64,000 nt of DNA from Takakia lepidozioides. Its lineage: Eukaryota > Plantae > Bryophyta. A program made the position numbers and the translations under genes. The notes beneath the pieces were generated by a model. The model worked only from the letters and a program-made list of their open reading frames with translations, did not search any database and was not told where the DNA came from. The stretch spans positions 5,332,001 to 5,396,000 of the forward strand of contig CM060733.1 of the NCBI GenBank assembly GCA_030704615.1. The letters are read 5' to 3'. Positions 14,531-27,799 of this stretch are shown piece by piece; the stretch's first letter is position 1; each line of letters starts with the position of its first letter.

Positions 14531-14809
14531 AATATCATAACATTTGTGCAAATGCATGTAACGCAAGTGCGAACTTCACAAAGGTAGGTGATGGGTGAAG
14601 GATACACAGTGGAAGAATCAATCGGACCTTGTATGACTAACCAAGAAAGAGTCATTTAATGGGTGCGTAAATGAGATGGTAGAGTGCCATCTTATATTGG
14701 CTACTTGGCCATCTTATATTCTAACAATGGTGGTGAGTTTATTAGCAAACACCATATGAAAAAAAAAACAGAAACAAAACTAAGAACCCCAAAAAGCCCT
14801 AAACCTAAA

Positions 14810-15070
14810 CCGACTGCGACGCCAACACGTCGCATCTTGTGATGCGTTTTTTTCATTTATGAGGCCGGCGGTCGCAAGCCGCGACGGCCTGCCGTCGCAG
14901 CCCGGCGCTAGGTTGTGTGGCGTGGGGTCCATTTGCGACGGTCCGGCGTCGCAAAAAGGCACTGCGTAGTTGGCGTTGCACGCTTGGCGCCGCGCGGGGC
15001 GTGGGGGTGCGGCTGGCATCGCAACCCCCACCACCCCTCCCCCCCCCCCCCCCCGCCATTTGTTGTAGTG
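14810..15070. mobile_element. Right terminus of a CACTA (EnSpm) DNA transposon with subterminal repeats
   Basis: Ends in ...TTTGTTGTAGTG (reverse complement CACTACAACAAA) at 15070. Preceded by GC-rich direct and inverted GCGACG/CGTCGC repeats. No matching left end found. Confidence 0.7.
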
Positions 15071-16339
15071 CAAGATAATAAATGAAGGAAGAATTTTCAT
15101 TTCATCCATTTAAAAATCAGAAACTCTAAACCTTGATATTGCAATAATGTATATTTTCTTTTTCTTTTTTTTAAACACACCGCTTATATGTACGCATCTT
15201 ATGCACTGTCCTAATTGCAGCTGCTTTACTCTCTTCGCAAAATATAATCTCGGGAGAGGACGAGGAATAACCGCTTAGACATGAATCTTGCTCCAGAGTG
15301 TATTAGTTAAAAATATAATGAACAAAGTTTTGTAAGCTTCAATGGCTTTCATGAACATTTGCCCAATCCAAGTCACTGTTGCAGTATCCATGAACCCTAT
15401 GTGGGAATGTGTGTCACGGAGTCACACGTACACTACTGGGCCTGCTCTTCCCTAGGGCATTCTTACAAATAAGAATCACTATGCAAGTTGATTACGATCA
15501 ATCTCTTCACATCTTGATCATGATCACGCTGGTTGAATGTGATCAGAATATATCTTTATGTGATTTTACGCCCATTTTGTGGATGTCCTCCATTTTGCAT
15601 TGTCAGCGACGATGTGCTATGTTTTGTTTCGGTGGATTGAGTGACTGCATTCTATGCTTTCATAAGTTGGGCTTTTGGCAAAAGGATGGAACATGATTCT
15701 AACAAATGGAGGTTGATGGTATTCTAAACATGGATGATCCATGACTATGGGAGTCATTTCTATTTGTGTGTCCCTCAGGTCCTTCACATTCAATTTTATC
15801 ATTTGTTCCTTGTATTTAATTTATTATTATTATTTTCTATTGAGATGAAAACATAATCCCGATTGTCTAGGCTGCCGTTGACGAATACATTGAGACATGG
15901 AACCATGACCAAGTGCGAAAAATCAATGAAAACAGTCGTTATTGAGATTCTCATGTCCCTACTCATTATTTTTGGGAATACGAACGCTACAAGGGTGCAA
16001 TACCTTATTCTTTGGTGCAACAAACACTAATCTTTATTAAAGCGATACTGCATCAATCCAATTATACAACCCCCCTTCTCACATCAACATTTCCTAATCA
16101 TATGCTACACTATCAAGAAGAAATTTGAAAAGAAAGTACATTACATTGTGATAGATGATGAGAAAAGATGAACCCAACAAATGTTACCAATGCCATGTTG
16201 TGTATGGATTTGAGAAGTTGATGGAAGTAGGTGTGACACAAAACCCATATGTTTTTGTTTTCAAGGTTTTGTTTTGGTATTTTTATATTTAATATTTGAG
16301 TGCTTATTACAAATTACTACCCAAATGCATTATCCATAT

Positions 16340-19300
16340 AAAATCAATATATGAATTGAGACGTTTGTTTGTTTTGTTTTGTTTTGTAGCGTTGAGATGT
16401 CCCTAACCGCAAGGCCCCAACGCTGGTGCTTGGTACCGTTGGAAAGCCCTCCACGAGGAGGGGTGCACCGGCTTCGTCTCATGATTTTTGGACTTGCGGT
16501 GTGGGAGATACGGAATTCCACTGTACTTTTGGTCGCTGGAAATTCACAAAAAATAGCAAAAATGGCAAAGTGGGCATTCCTGGGACAATGGTTGGAGCCT
16601 CGACGGGAGAGAGATCAAGGGAAAGGTCTCCGGTTCAAATCTGGTCGTAGGCTCTCTGGAAAATAAATAAATAATCAGATATGGGATTGCACTTGGACTT
16701 TGATGACGTTGGACACTTGGGCCTCTACACGAGAGATGCACTTGGATACTTGAATAGAGGATTGCACTTGGGCCTCGACATAGGAGACCCACTTGGATAC
16801 ATAAGAAATTGCACTTGGGCTTAGATTTCAATTCTTCACACATGGGCCTTGACATAAGAGACGCTACTTGAATACATAGGGGATTGCACTTGGACTTAGA
16901 TTTCATTCTTAACCCATGGCCCAATGGCGCAGGCTACCCTAGGCCTAGATCTCCCAAACAGGAGGGTCTCTAGATACATAGGGGATTGCACTTGGACTTA
17001 GATGACACTAGACACTTGGGCCAACGGCACAAGCTACCCTAGAGGTTGCATTTGGGCCTCGACATAGGAGACGCACTTTGATACATAGGGGATTGCACTT
17101 GGACTTAGATGACACTGGACACTTGGGCCAACGGCACAGACTACCCTAGTCAATATATGAAGCGAGACAGTACGTTTGTTTTGTTTGTTTGTTTTGTTTT
17201 GTAGCGTTGAGATGTCCCAAACCGCAAGGCCCCAGCCTAAGTGCTTGGTACTATTGGAAAGCCCTCGACGAGGAGGGGTGCAGGGGCTTGGTCTCATAGT
17301 TTTTGGACTTGCGGTGTGGGAGATGTCGAATTTCAAATACTTTTGGTCGTTGGAAATTCGCAAAATGTAGGAAAGTGGGCTTTCCTGGCACAATGATCGG
17401 AGCCTCAACGGGAGAGATATCAAGGAAAAGGTCTCCGGGTCAAATCAGATCGTAGATTCCGTGGAAAAGAAATGATTCTAGACTTGGATGACTTAGATGA
17501 CATTGGACACTTGGGCCAACGGCACATGCTACCCTGGAGGTCATACTTGGGCCTAGACATAGGAGACGCACTTGAATGCATAGGAGATTGCACTTGGGCT
17601 TACATGACCCTAGACACTTGGGCCAACAACATAGGCTACCCTAGTCAATATATGAAGCGAGACGTTTGTTTTGTTTTATTTTGGTTTGTTTTGTAGCGTT
17701 GAGATCTCCCAAACCGCGGGGCTCAGCGCGGGTTCTTGGTGTCGTTGGAAAGCCCTCGAGGAGGAGGGTTGCACCGGCTTGGTCTCATGGTTTTTGGACC
17801 TGCGGTGTGGGAGATGTGAAATTCCAAGTACTTTTGGTCGCTGGAAATTCACAAAAAATAGCAAAAATGGCAAAGTGGGCATTCCTGGACAATGGTTGGA
17901 GCCTCGACGAGAGAGATATCAAGGGAAAGGTCTCCGGTTCAAATCTGGTCGTAGGCTCTGTGGAAAAAAAATGATACAGCTAACACGAATTTCAAGTACT
18001 TTTGGTCGTTGGACAATGATTGGAGCCTCCACATGAGACCTATCAAGGGAAAGGTCTCCGGTTCAAATCAGGTCGTAGATTCCGTAGAAAAAAAAAGATT
18101 AGACTTGGATGACTTAGTTGACATTGGACACTTGGGCCCACGGCACAGGCTACCTGGAGGTCACACTTGGGCCTAGACATAGGAGACGCACTTGAATGCA
18201 TAGGAGATTGCACTTGGGCTTACATGACCCTAGACACTTGGGCCAACGGCACAAGCTACTCTAAGTCAATACATGAAGCGAGATGTTTGTTTGTTTGTTT
18301 GTTTTGTTTTGTTTTGTTTTGTTTTGTCATGTTGAGATGTCCCAAACCGCGAGGCTCCGACGCTTGTGCTTGGTACCGTTGGAAAGCCCTCGACGAGGAG
18401 GGGTGCACCGGCTTGGGTCTCATGACTCATGACTTTTGGACCTGCGGTGTGGGAGATGTGGAATTTCAAGTACTTTTGGTCGCTGGAAATTCAAAGAAAA
18501 ATAGCAAAAATGGCAAAATGGGCATCGACGGGAGAGATATCAAGGGAAAGTTCTCCGGTTCAAATCTGGTCGTAGGCTCTGTGGAAAAAAAATGATTAGT
18601 TATGGCTTGCTTCATATATTGATGCACTTGGACTTAGATGGCATTGGACACTTGGGCCAACGGCACAGGTTACTCTAGAGGTCGCATTTGGGCCTTGACA
18701 TGGGAGACGCACTTGGATAGAGAGAGGATTGCACTTGAACTTAGATGACATTGGACACTTGGGCCAACGGCACATGCTACCCTAGAAAAAAAAATGATTA
18801 GATATGCCTAAAACAAATTTCAAGTACTTTTGGTGGCTGGAAATTCGCGAAAAATGGCAAGGTGGGCTTTCAATCCTGCAACCATGATTGGCCCTTCATT
18901 TCTCTTTTGTGCACGTGGATATAAATGTAAATTGGTCATTTTAGAATATTGGCATTCACAATATGTTTTGTAGCGTCGATGAGATCTCGGCCTCCGGCCT
19001 CGATTTTGGTACCGTTGGAAAGCCCTCGATGAGTAGGCGCAAGTGCATCGACTTAGTTTCGTAAAATTTGGTCTCTGGAAATTCAACAAAATTACAGAAT
19101 TAAGTGTTGGAAGGACACTCGAGGTCGCACTTGGGCGTCTACATCGGAGACGCACTAGGATACATATGAGATCTTGCACTTGGGCTTAGATGACAGTGGG
19201 CAATTTGGCCAACAGCACAAGCTATCCTAGAGGTCACATTTGGGCCTCGACATAGGAGACACACTTTATATAGGGGATTGCACTTGGAGATATAAGGAAA

Positions 19301-19410
19301 AGGTCTCCGGTTCAAATTGAAAAAAAAATGATTAGATATGGCTTTGCTTCATATATTGATGCACTTGGACTTAGATGACAGTGTACACTTGGGCCAGGCT
19401 ACCCTAGTTT
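16340..19410. repeat. Complex higher-order tandem repeat: ~320-bp module A alternating with arrays of a shorter module B; probably TE-derived
   Basis: Module A (TTTTGTAGCGTTGAGATGTCCC...GGTACCGTTGGAAAGCCCTCGACGAGG...GGTTCAAATCTGGTCGTAGGCTC) at ~16345, 17150, 17645, 18265 and partly at ~18960. Module B (GATTGCACTTGGACTTAGATGACA.TGGACACTTGGGCCAACGGCACA...) lies between the A copies. Confidence 0.9.
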
Positions 19411-20189
19411 CTCATAAGGAAAGCATCTTGTGATCCTTAGTTTGACCAAAAGCGTTTGTGCAGATTAGAAGGTTTGTATGATGCAATTTATAGATGTACA
19501 CAATAGTGCATGCTTATTAAATTATAAATCTTTATTTTGGATGACACTTAATTCGCAAGAAAAATTGTTATTTAAAGTTTCTCTTATTCCATACGATTAC
19601 CCTGAAACTAAAGTGATTATAAATGGATCTTTTCTTCACTTACTGTAGACAGATGAGAAAAATATACAAACAGCGTGGATCATCAATATATGGATAATGA
19701 TTTTTGTTGAACTACAATTGTAGGTAGATGAAAACAGATTGGGGTTAGTAGCTATAATGAACCAAATATAATGAATAAAACTAAAGACAAAAAACTTAAA
19801 TAGCATTGCGCCATGGATGAATTGGTTGGTTAATAGCTATGTGGGAAGCACAAATAGTTCACAAAAGACTATTGCAGCAAATTGTTAACTGTATAGCAAG
19901 TGAGGCGAGGCCGCACAAAAAATCCCCCATAATGAAATGTTCAACCACGGTCAAGGTTTGTAGCCTAAGTCTTCTAGTGAGAAAATAGCCCAGTGGGTAG
20001 TGCATAATACCATTCCATCATGAACCATTCCATTAGAGATGGCGGCCTGTTCAAAACTCTAGCTGAATGCAGGAACATGTAGCTGGGCACATGTGCACAT
20101 GTAGCTGAATGTAGGAACAAAGAAAGACCCATTTCCACTAACTTTCACAGTAGTAGTAGTAGTAGTATTGGATACAGTGGCATGTCGTG

Positions 20190-20830
20190 CTCTTCATGGG
20201 GACATTCACGGTATATAACCAAGTACAAATGGAAGGCGAGGATCGAGAAAAGACCACATTCATCATCGAATGGGGGACATACACATACAAGGTCATGCCA
20301 TTTAGACTTTGCAATGCACCAGCTACGTTTCAACAAATGGTGTCAAAAAATTTCAAGAATTACCTTAATGATTTCATGCAGGTGTTTCTAGATGACTTCA
20401 GCATCTATGTACAAAAATCAGGACACTTTGCACAACTAAGGTTATGCTTACAGGCATGTAAAGCCAATGGGGCAAGTTTAAACCCCGAGATCGTACTTCA
20501 TGTGTGAATTGTGAATTACTGTTGGGACATGTCGTCTGTCAGCAGCAGGGACTCTTGATCGATCCAAGGAAGGCGGCCAGCATAAAAGAACTACCACCTT
20601 CAGAGAATCCCAAGAAACTCAAAAGGTTTCTAGGATAAGCACGATTTTATAGACGACCAAACATATGCTCACAAAGCAACACCAGTCTACAAATAGTTGA
20701 AGCCAGACGCAAAATATAATTAGATCCTGGCTTGTTAAGAAGCCTTCGAGATTCTGAAAGAAGCACTCACCATTGCACCTGTCCTAATCAATCCTCATTG
20801 GGATTTACCTCTCCACATATAGTGATGCTA
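20190..20830 (+). pseudogene. Degenerate Ty3/gypsy RT to RNase H fragment
   Basis: YNQVQM..EDREKTTF..EWGTYTYKVMPF.LCNAPATFQ...FMQVFLDDF, then LLGHVV, LKRFLG* and ALTIAPVL, with stops and frameshifts. Confidence 0.88.
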
Positions 20831-20934
20831 CGGGCATAAATAATATTATTACATCCCATATCAACATATTAATGGATGGCTGAGGTTTTTAGAGTGAAGT
20901 TTCTGAGAAAACTAGCTATGGGATGGGGATAAAA

Positions 20935-21130
20935 GTATGACGAGCGTAACTTATGGTGTCACTTCACCACAAGGGCTACTGCCTTCCAGCTGAAAGGTGG
21001 ACACCTTCATGACACACCAGACCGTGGTTTGAACCCACAACCACATCCAACCACAACCACATCCAACGTGGTCTGTGCCCATGTGCCCATTACCACTCAT
21101 GTGCCCATTACCACTCGGCTACATGCGGGT
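20935..21130 (-). mobile_element. tRNA-derived SINE
   Basis: Minus-strand Pol III A box TAGCCGAGTGG (~21122-21112) and B box GGTTCAAACC (~21034-21025). Body (TTATGGTGTC...CTACTGCCTTCC...AAGG.TGACAC) is shared with ~49823-49882. Confidence 0.65.
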
Positions 21131-21389
21131 TGTCGGGATGGGGATACATCAACCTCAAACTTGCAACCTCATGGAAATAAAGTTATCATGTGAGCACCCC
21201 CCTCCCTTGTGCCTCTTTCCTACTCTCTCTCTCTCTCTCTCATGAAAGCTCCTTTTAGCTCCTTTCACACTATTCTCTGGAAGATGAGGCATTCCAAAAA
21301 TTCTCCCATCACCAGCCCAAAATTCCATTAGTAGCTGAGGTATTCCGTCTCTTCCTCGACCACAATTGAACTTACAAAGGCTCCATCAA

Positions 21390-24300
21390 TCATAGCCATA
21401 TGAGTACACAGGTGGCAAGAACCAGGTAAAGAGCACCAGCTTGGAGAACACCAGAATGGGGGGCACCTGATCCATGAGTTGATGGAGAGGGAGAAGGCAC
21501 AGTAATGGCTGGGGAAGGGGATGGGGAGGATGACGGAGACAAGGCTGAGGGAGGCAATTTGGCAGCACAGGTGATGCCACAGTTGCTTGGGCTGATCACT
21601 CTGTAAATCCCATTGCCACCCAAGATGTACAAATCATGGTTATTATCTACACCAAAGGAGAGAGTGACCTCCAGGTTTGGGGTGGTACTGTTTACTGGGA
21701 CAGAGCAGTTGAGGGGGGATGATGGAGCACATTGGTAGCTTAGTTTTGTGGTTGTGTAGTTCCCACTGTAGAGGGGCAGCTCCGCAGCTGCCCAGAGCGG
21801 GCCAAAAAGATCGCCATAGACATACCTGTCAAAACCAAACACATCACATTAGTATAATGCATGACTGGAAAACACTGATGTACACATGACTGTAATACTT
21901 TTCCATTGCACAGAGTCAGAATTTCTGCCATTAACACGGCAGGATGTTACAACTCCCCATCTGTTTCTGAGCGGCATTGCTCTTTCCCGGCCAATATTTC
22001 TAGTCCATTGACAACAGTGGGGTCACTTCTAGTCAGCCTCAAACCTGGATGGCACATGCCTACTAGTAGGTAGCAATACCATTATTGCCAGTCACACCGA
22101 AAAGCATTCCAGGGGGCCAGAGAAAGGGAACTTACTTTCCATAGATGCATGGGTCCTGCCTTGAGTAAGAGACATAACCCCCAGTGATGGAAGCCGAGCC
22201 TTGTGGGTTGATTGCATGGGAGTAAGTTATAATAGGCCACGTTGGCTGAATCGAGTTTGCACTGGTATTTCCACCTGGGGATAAAGATGGAACAAAGTGA
22301 CTAGTGCCCTCGTACACTCGCCAGCCATAGTTTCCACCCTTTGTGATCAAATCCACCTCTTCATAATGTTCCTGAAATGTCCAACGATCACAGAAAATAA
22401 GAGTAAATTGATTGACAGCTATATTTGACCCACATACTATGTAAAATCTGGTTAATTACTGTACGGTGGTCAAGCACAGATATGGGTCTGTGGATAGAAA
22501 CTCTTACACCTAACAATGAGGATGTAAGATCTGGAGAGAGGGATCCCCAAGGACTTTAAAAGCTAATAGACAACCGTATATGACTTGATACAGAGTTGTT
22601 TCCCTTAATGGCCTTTGAAATAAACACACTCAACTGCACAGTGAGAGAGAAATATGAGTTCATTAGCTTCGTTTGTAGCCACGTGAGAGGGAGAGAGAGA
22701 AACAAAGAGAGTGCTATTGCAAGATTCTCCATCTACGGTGCTGAAAACCTGTGTAGAAACTTGAACGGAAAACAAACAAACCTGGCCAACATCACCACAG
22801 TAGAAATATGTGGGCCGCTCACTATCGAAGCTGCAGCGCCATGGGTTCCGCAATCCATAGGCATAAATCTCTGATAATACATTTTTGGTATTGACAAATG
22901 GATTGGTTTGCGGAACAGAGTAGTTCCCCCACAGTCCCAAAGTTTGTATTTCCTGGGAACCTGCACATTGCCGCTGGCTACCACATAAGATTGGACTCTT
23001 CAAGCTGAGCTGACAGACACATTTTAGGTTGGAACCACTAACAGAAGGGAAACAGCGATGATGACTTGGAAGAGAGCAAGAACAATAGAGGTCCAACAAT
23101 CCGCTCTTCATTTAAAAACTGGACTCAACCTCACATTACATTCAACCTCATGTGCTTGAACAACATAAGGCCTGAGCATTCATTTAGAGCTAGGCACAGC
23201 TCTCCCACTGCAAACAAAGCTGCATTGCAGCTTGCACCAGACTGGACCCTCCCATGTGGTTGAAACCTGAACCCCACTTAAAGAGCTGTTTTACCCTTGC
23301 TCCAGCTAAAAGGAAAAGAAACTCTCTGACTTACTGGGTATATTGTCCACATCAAACCGCAACATCTTTCCAAGAAGTGACCTCTTGTTCTGTGAGAAAT
23401 TGAAGGGATCACCACTGCTGCCTCCATCTCCAGTCGCATAATAGAGGTAATTGTCACGAGGTCCAAAGAACAGCCCCCCCGCATGATGAGTGGTGTATGG
23501 AAGACCCATTGTAAAGATCCTCCTCACTTCTGTGGGATTGGCACTTAGGGACTGTATCCAAAAGAGAGAGGAAATTAATGCAGTAAACTGCCCATGCACA
23601 CAGGAGACCTTCAATTCAATCTATGAAAGACTTTGAACAGAACTCACAAACACTAGTGCCTAAGGATCAAGACTGACGACCACCAACAAGACAATCTGCA
23701 AACCACTGCTCGTAATGTAGTCTTATTGGTGTGGCATTGCTACAACTTGAGTGGAGGGTGTGATGAGAGGAATGGCATACCATTGAGGGGGAGGTCCCTG
23801 TGGTGTTCGCTGAGTATTCAGCAACAACTGCAGAGTAGCGACACGGGGCAGATGGGGCAGCCCCACCCAAATTCCCACTCCCAAGCTGTGATGGCGTGCA
23901 CCCTGTGTTGGAGTTACAAGCACACTGTGCTGCACAATCAGCCCATTTCTGCTTATCACAAGTGTAGGACACAAAGAACCTTCCATTATTTGTGAAATTG
24001 GGATGGAAAACCAGCCCCATCAGCCCGAGCTCATTATCGACTGGAACACGGTCTGTAAGGTCAAGGAATGGTGCTGTGAGATTGATAGAGAGTGTTTTGC
24101 CAGACCCTGGTTCAGGAACAGTTGCCAAGTAGACTGTTCCACCCTGATTTGCAAGAAAGATCCGGTTTGACCCATCTGGGTGTGGGGCAAGGTTGAGATA
24201 AGCATTAATGGAGACTGCGGTTGCGAGCTTCTCCAAGCAGATTCCTTGTGGAGGAGTGTAGGGAGCGGCAGGAGGAGGCTTGAAAGGCTGCCCACTGAAG

Positions 24301-25703
24301 CAAAAGTTACCAGCAGCTATTGAAGGTCCCAACCCTGTGCAGAAATCTGACTCTGAAGTCCACAAGGCGCCAAGTGTATTGCCTGCGGATGCCGCTAGCT
24401 CCATGGCACTGGGTGCAAACCCTGGGGAAGAGGGAGAGCCACCCTGGAGCTTTGGTGAAAATGGAGAGTTCTGGATGGAAACATTCAAGCAAGTGTTCCA
24501 TACTTGTGAGCAGTACCCCGTACTCTCATTTGCAGAGCTTTCTCCAGCAGATACTGATGAGCACAGGTAAGGGATTTCGCGCTCTTGTTGGACCTCCACG
24601 CCATGAAGGTCAGCAGAGAACGCATCACATTGCTGCACCCAGTGAAACAAGCTCAGGCTTTACAAACACACAAAAGTTAGCCATGAAGCCAATTATGAAG
24701 ACACCATTTCTCCAGCTAGTGCAAAGACCAAAGGAGATGCAGTTTGGTGGAACCTACCGAGCAGAGGATCTCCTGGACTATTGCAGCACACTTTTGATCA
24801 GAGATGTTGTAGGCCTTGAACTGAGCCTCCAACTGCTGGTCAGCTTGAGGAGTGCAGCATCCCTTTGCTTTGTATGCCGGTGCCGAGCAGAAGCTCAAGT
24901 TGACACTTGAAGGAAATGGAGCCTCTGAAACATGCACATGCAAATGCCTCGTTGAATTTGGAAACGTTATGTACGTGGACATGTTAAGCTATTCTCTCTT
25001 CTATATCATAATCCAGGTGCCTAAAAGACTTCCAATAAGTTACAGTTGCAATTTATGGAGGTAGAAGGAAGAACGTGATCAGACACTCAGTGTACACAAC
25101 TCAAATAAGAACAACCGCACCTCAAATATAAGAAAAAACATCCAAAACCAGCACCACTGATAGACCCAGCTGGCTCACTTCGCCAATGATTCTGATCTGC
25201 CACTGAAGGGGGCCATGCTAGACAGAACCTATTCCCTTCAGGTCGATGTCAAATCATTGTACATTGGCCTACTTATTCTGTGTGATGGTAGAGTAGCTGT
25301 AGTCCATTACGGCTCTTAGCCATGCAGATATAATCCACAACACCAGAGCTTTGGCGCTCATTGCAACAAACCATGACTGGCCAACAACAGGTCAAACCTG
25401 TTGGAGGATATACTCATTGTGTGGGCTTACAGCCAGAACGTAGCAGGATACACCCCACTAAAACAGATGCATGGTGGGAACAATGCTGAATTTGCAAATG
25501 TAGTCATAAGAGAGAGACACACACAGAGAGGGAGAAAGACAGGACTTAGAGAGAAAGAAAAAGAGTTAGTGTTTCAGGAGCACATTGTTTGTCAAGGACA
25601 TACCACGGTTGAGACAGAGTGGATACGCAGAGGCACAGCCAAGTAAGCAAGTAGACAATAGCAGCGCAGCCACCACCTCCTCGAGAACTGAGCCCCTCTT
25701 CAT
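21390..25703 (-). CDS. HIPL1: HIPL1 / HHIP-like protein (Cys-rich N-domain, glucose/sorbosone dehydrogenase-type beta-propeller, Ser/Pro linker, probable GPI signal), ~728 aa; exons 25703-25604, 24924-24758, 24632-23781, 23551-23335, 22960-22782, 22371-22136, 21825-21390
   Basis: Signal peptide MKRGSVLEEVVAALLLSTCLLGCASAYPLC. Motifs HPDGSNRIFL, ELGLMGLVFHPNF, HHAGGLFFGP, GDGG, LGKMLRFDVD, AYGLRNPWRCSFD, GDVGQ..YEEVD..KGGNYGW. Six GT-AG introns with consistent phase. Hydrophobic C-terminus. Confidence 0.93.
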
Positions 25704-27799
25704 TTCGTCTGCTGAATCTTCTCTGAATATGATCACAACACAAAGTATTCAACTCTCTGAAATGTTTGCAAAAAAGCTTACTTTTCAAATTTATAGGCCT
25801 GAACCAAATCTGCAGATCGGTATGCACTGCCAACCGATCTTCGGCAATGAGCACTTAAGGCCGTTTCCCAGCATTACTTCCTTTGAGCACTACTCACATG
25901 TCTAGGGCCAGTAAAGGAAAGATCTGTATGGCGACCTCAATCCATCTATACGCTTTGATTAATACTCGCAGTTATATAACCGATAACCATTCCGCAGGAC
26001 CTTTGTAGAAAGACCCATCAACCACTGGTGGCGTTCATGGAGCCCCGATAACCAGGGGAGGCCTACCAATGAAATTCTCAGAGGACAGCCACAGAATGCT
26101 TGGTTGAGCACCGAAGAAACATTTCAAGTTTTTACAGGAACCTGTGGACATAAACTCAAGACACCATCAATGTGCACGATCGCGTAAAAGAGACAAATTA
26201 CTGTTTGGTATTACTGAGCACAAGAGTAAGAAATATCCCCGTGCAGACGATTTTGCAAATTCAAAAACAAAACAATGTGCTGTAGAACTGCGGGTTGAGA
26301 ACCTTGGGCCACCGCCATGAGCGCGCATAAACACTGGAGTGGGAACTATGCCAGGGTCTAGAACTATCTTGCACACACTCACTTTCTTTCCCTTTTCGAG
26401 GACTCCAACTTTGCGGAATCGCTCTACAGACATCCGAAGCATTCCACCTGACCTGCATTCGTTCTCTCTAACTTCCCCAACCAGCCATCTCTCAGCCATG
26501 CACTTTCTGCAGACTAACTGAGGCATTATGCATGGCACATACAGCAACAGCTGTGAACCTGAAAATCCCCGGATTTCACTCAAACTACAGGATGCGACTT
26601 AGCCAGAACAGCTGCGGAATCTCGAAGAACAGCCAGGATGATAAACAAACTAGGAAACAACTGCAGAAGAGAAACACAGGCGAGGCAACGCAGCGGCCGT
26701 TAGATTAGGTCTTCATGACACTACCCAAAGTACAAGCGATGAGTGTAGAGGGAGAGCGCAAACCCACCTTAGAGAAGCACGTCCATCGCAACAACCCACC
26801 AGTGCATCCTCACTGTCCAGGCGATGCAACGAGACCCAGCTTGATGAGGAGAGCAAGGACCCAGTTCCAGAGCCTCAAAGTTGAACTTGTCCGAGTACTG
26901 GAAACAGTGAGCGAGAGGGTGGCAGCATGTCGGAGGGGCGAGTGATGAGGAGGTAGTGGACGGCGCGAGCTATGGCGTCGCCCCAGGAGCTGCTCGCGTT
27001 ACATTCATTGAAGGCCCTCCTCTCCTCTCCCTGTGGGACCGTCGCACTCGCCGTCGCCTTTAAGATCTCGCCGAGCCTGAGTCCGAACCTGACCCGAGCC
27101 TCAATCTCCTCAAAATATTGTTTTTTCCATCCAAGTTGCTCTGCCGTCCTGACCTTTTCTTTCCTTTTCTGTCAGCCCATATCTCGTCGGGCAGGTTCGT
27201 TGCTGCCCATCGCAATAACTATTTTCTAATGGGATAGACTGATTGTTTAATGTTTTACCGTTTCCATAACGGATTTGTGAGTTTTTTTATGTCTTGCCGT
27301 TTGTCGTGGCCTTGCCACGAGGTAGGTTGACGCAGGCCGTGTGTCATCACTGGGTTTATCATGCTGCATCTGTCTCATGTATTTCTTTTAGAATATTTCA
27401 TATTAGTGAATAAAAATATATATTTTCTTAATAAGGAGAAAGGAAACCTGGGAGCCACAGCCCACGCCTCTCATTTTACAATAATAGGGTCATGAACGCA
27501 AGCAGAAGGGCGGTGGGCCCTCGTCCGGACCAGGGACGCCCCCCCCACCGCGCCCGCCCGCCCGCCGCGGCTGCCCCTCCTGGGCTCCGTCCACCGGCCT
27601 GTCCGCTGCGGCCGCTCCGCTCTCTCTAGTCCGCCTATCCGCGTGTCCGCCCGCCCGCAAGATCTGGGCCGTCCACGACGAATCCCATCGCAACCCTCCA
27701 ATTTAGGGCCTTCTCTCTGCCGCCTGCCATCTGCCACCAGCTGTAAACGTGGGTCTTGTTTCTCCGTGCACGTTCTTCATCGTGTCATGCGGCGCTTTC

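Noticed and set aside
16340-19410. CRISPR-like array or coding repeats
   Set aside because: No constant repeat with unique spacers, eukaryotic context, and the ORFs are incidental translations of the repeat.
21010-21130. tRNA gene
   Set aside because: A and B boxes are present but there is no cloverleaf and the spacing is distorted. Better explained as a SINE head.
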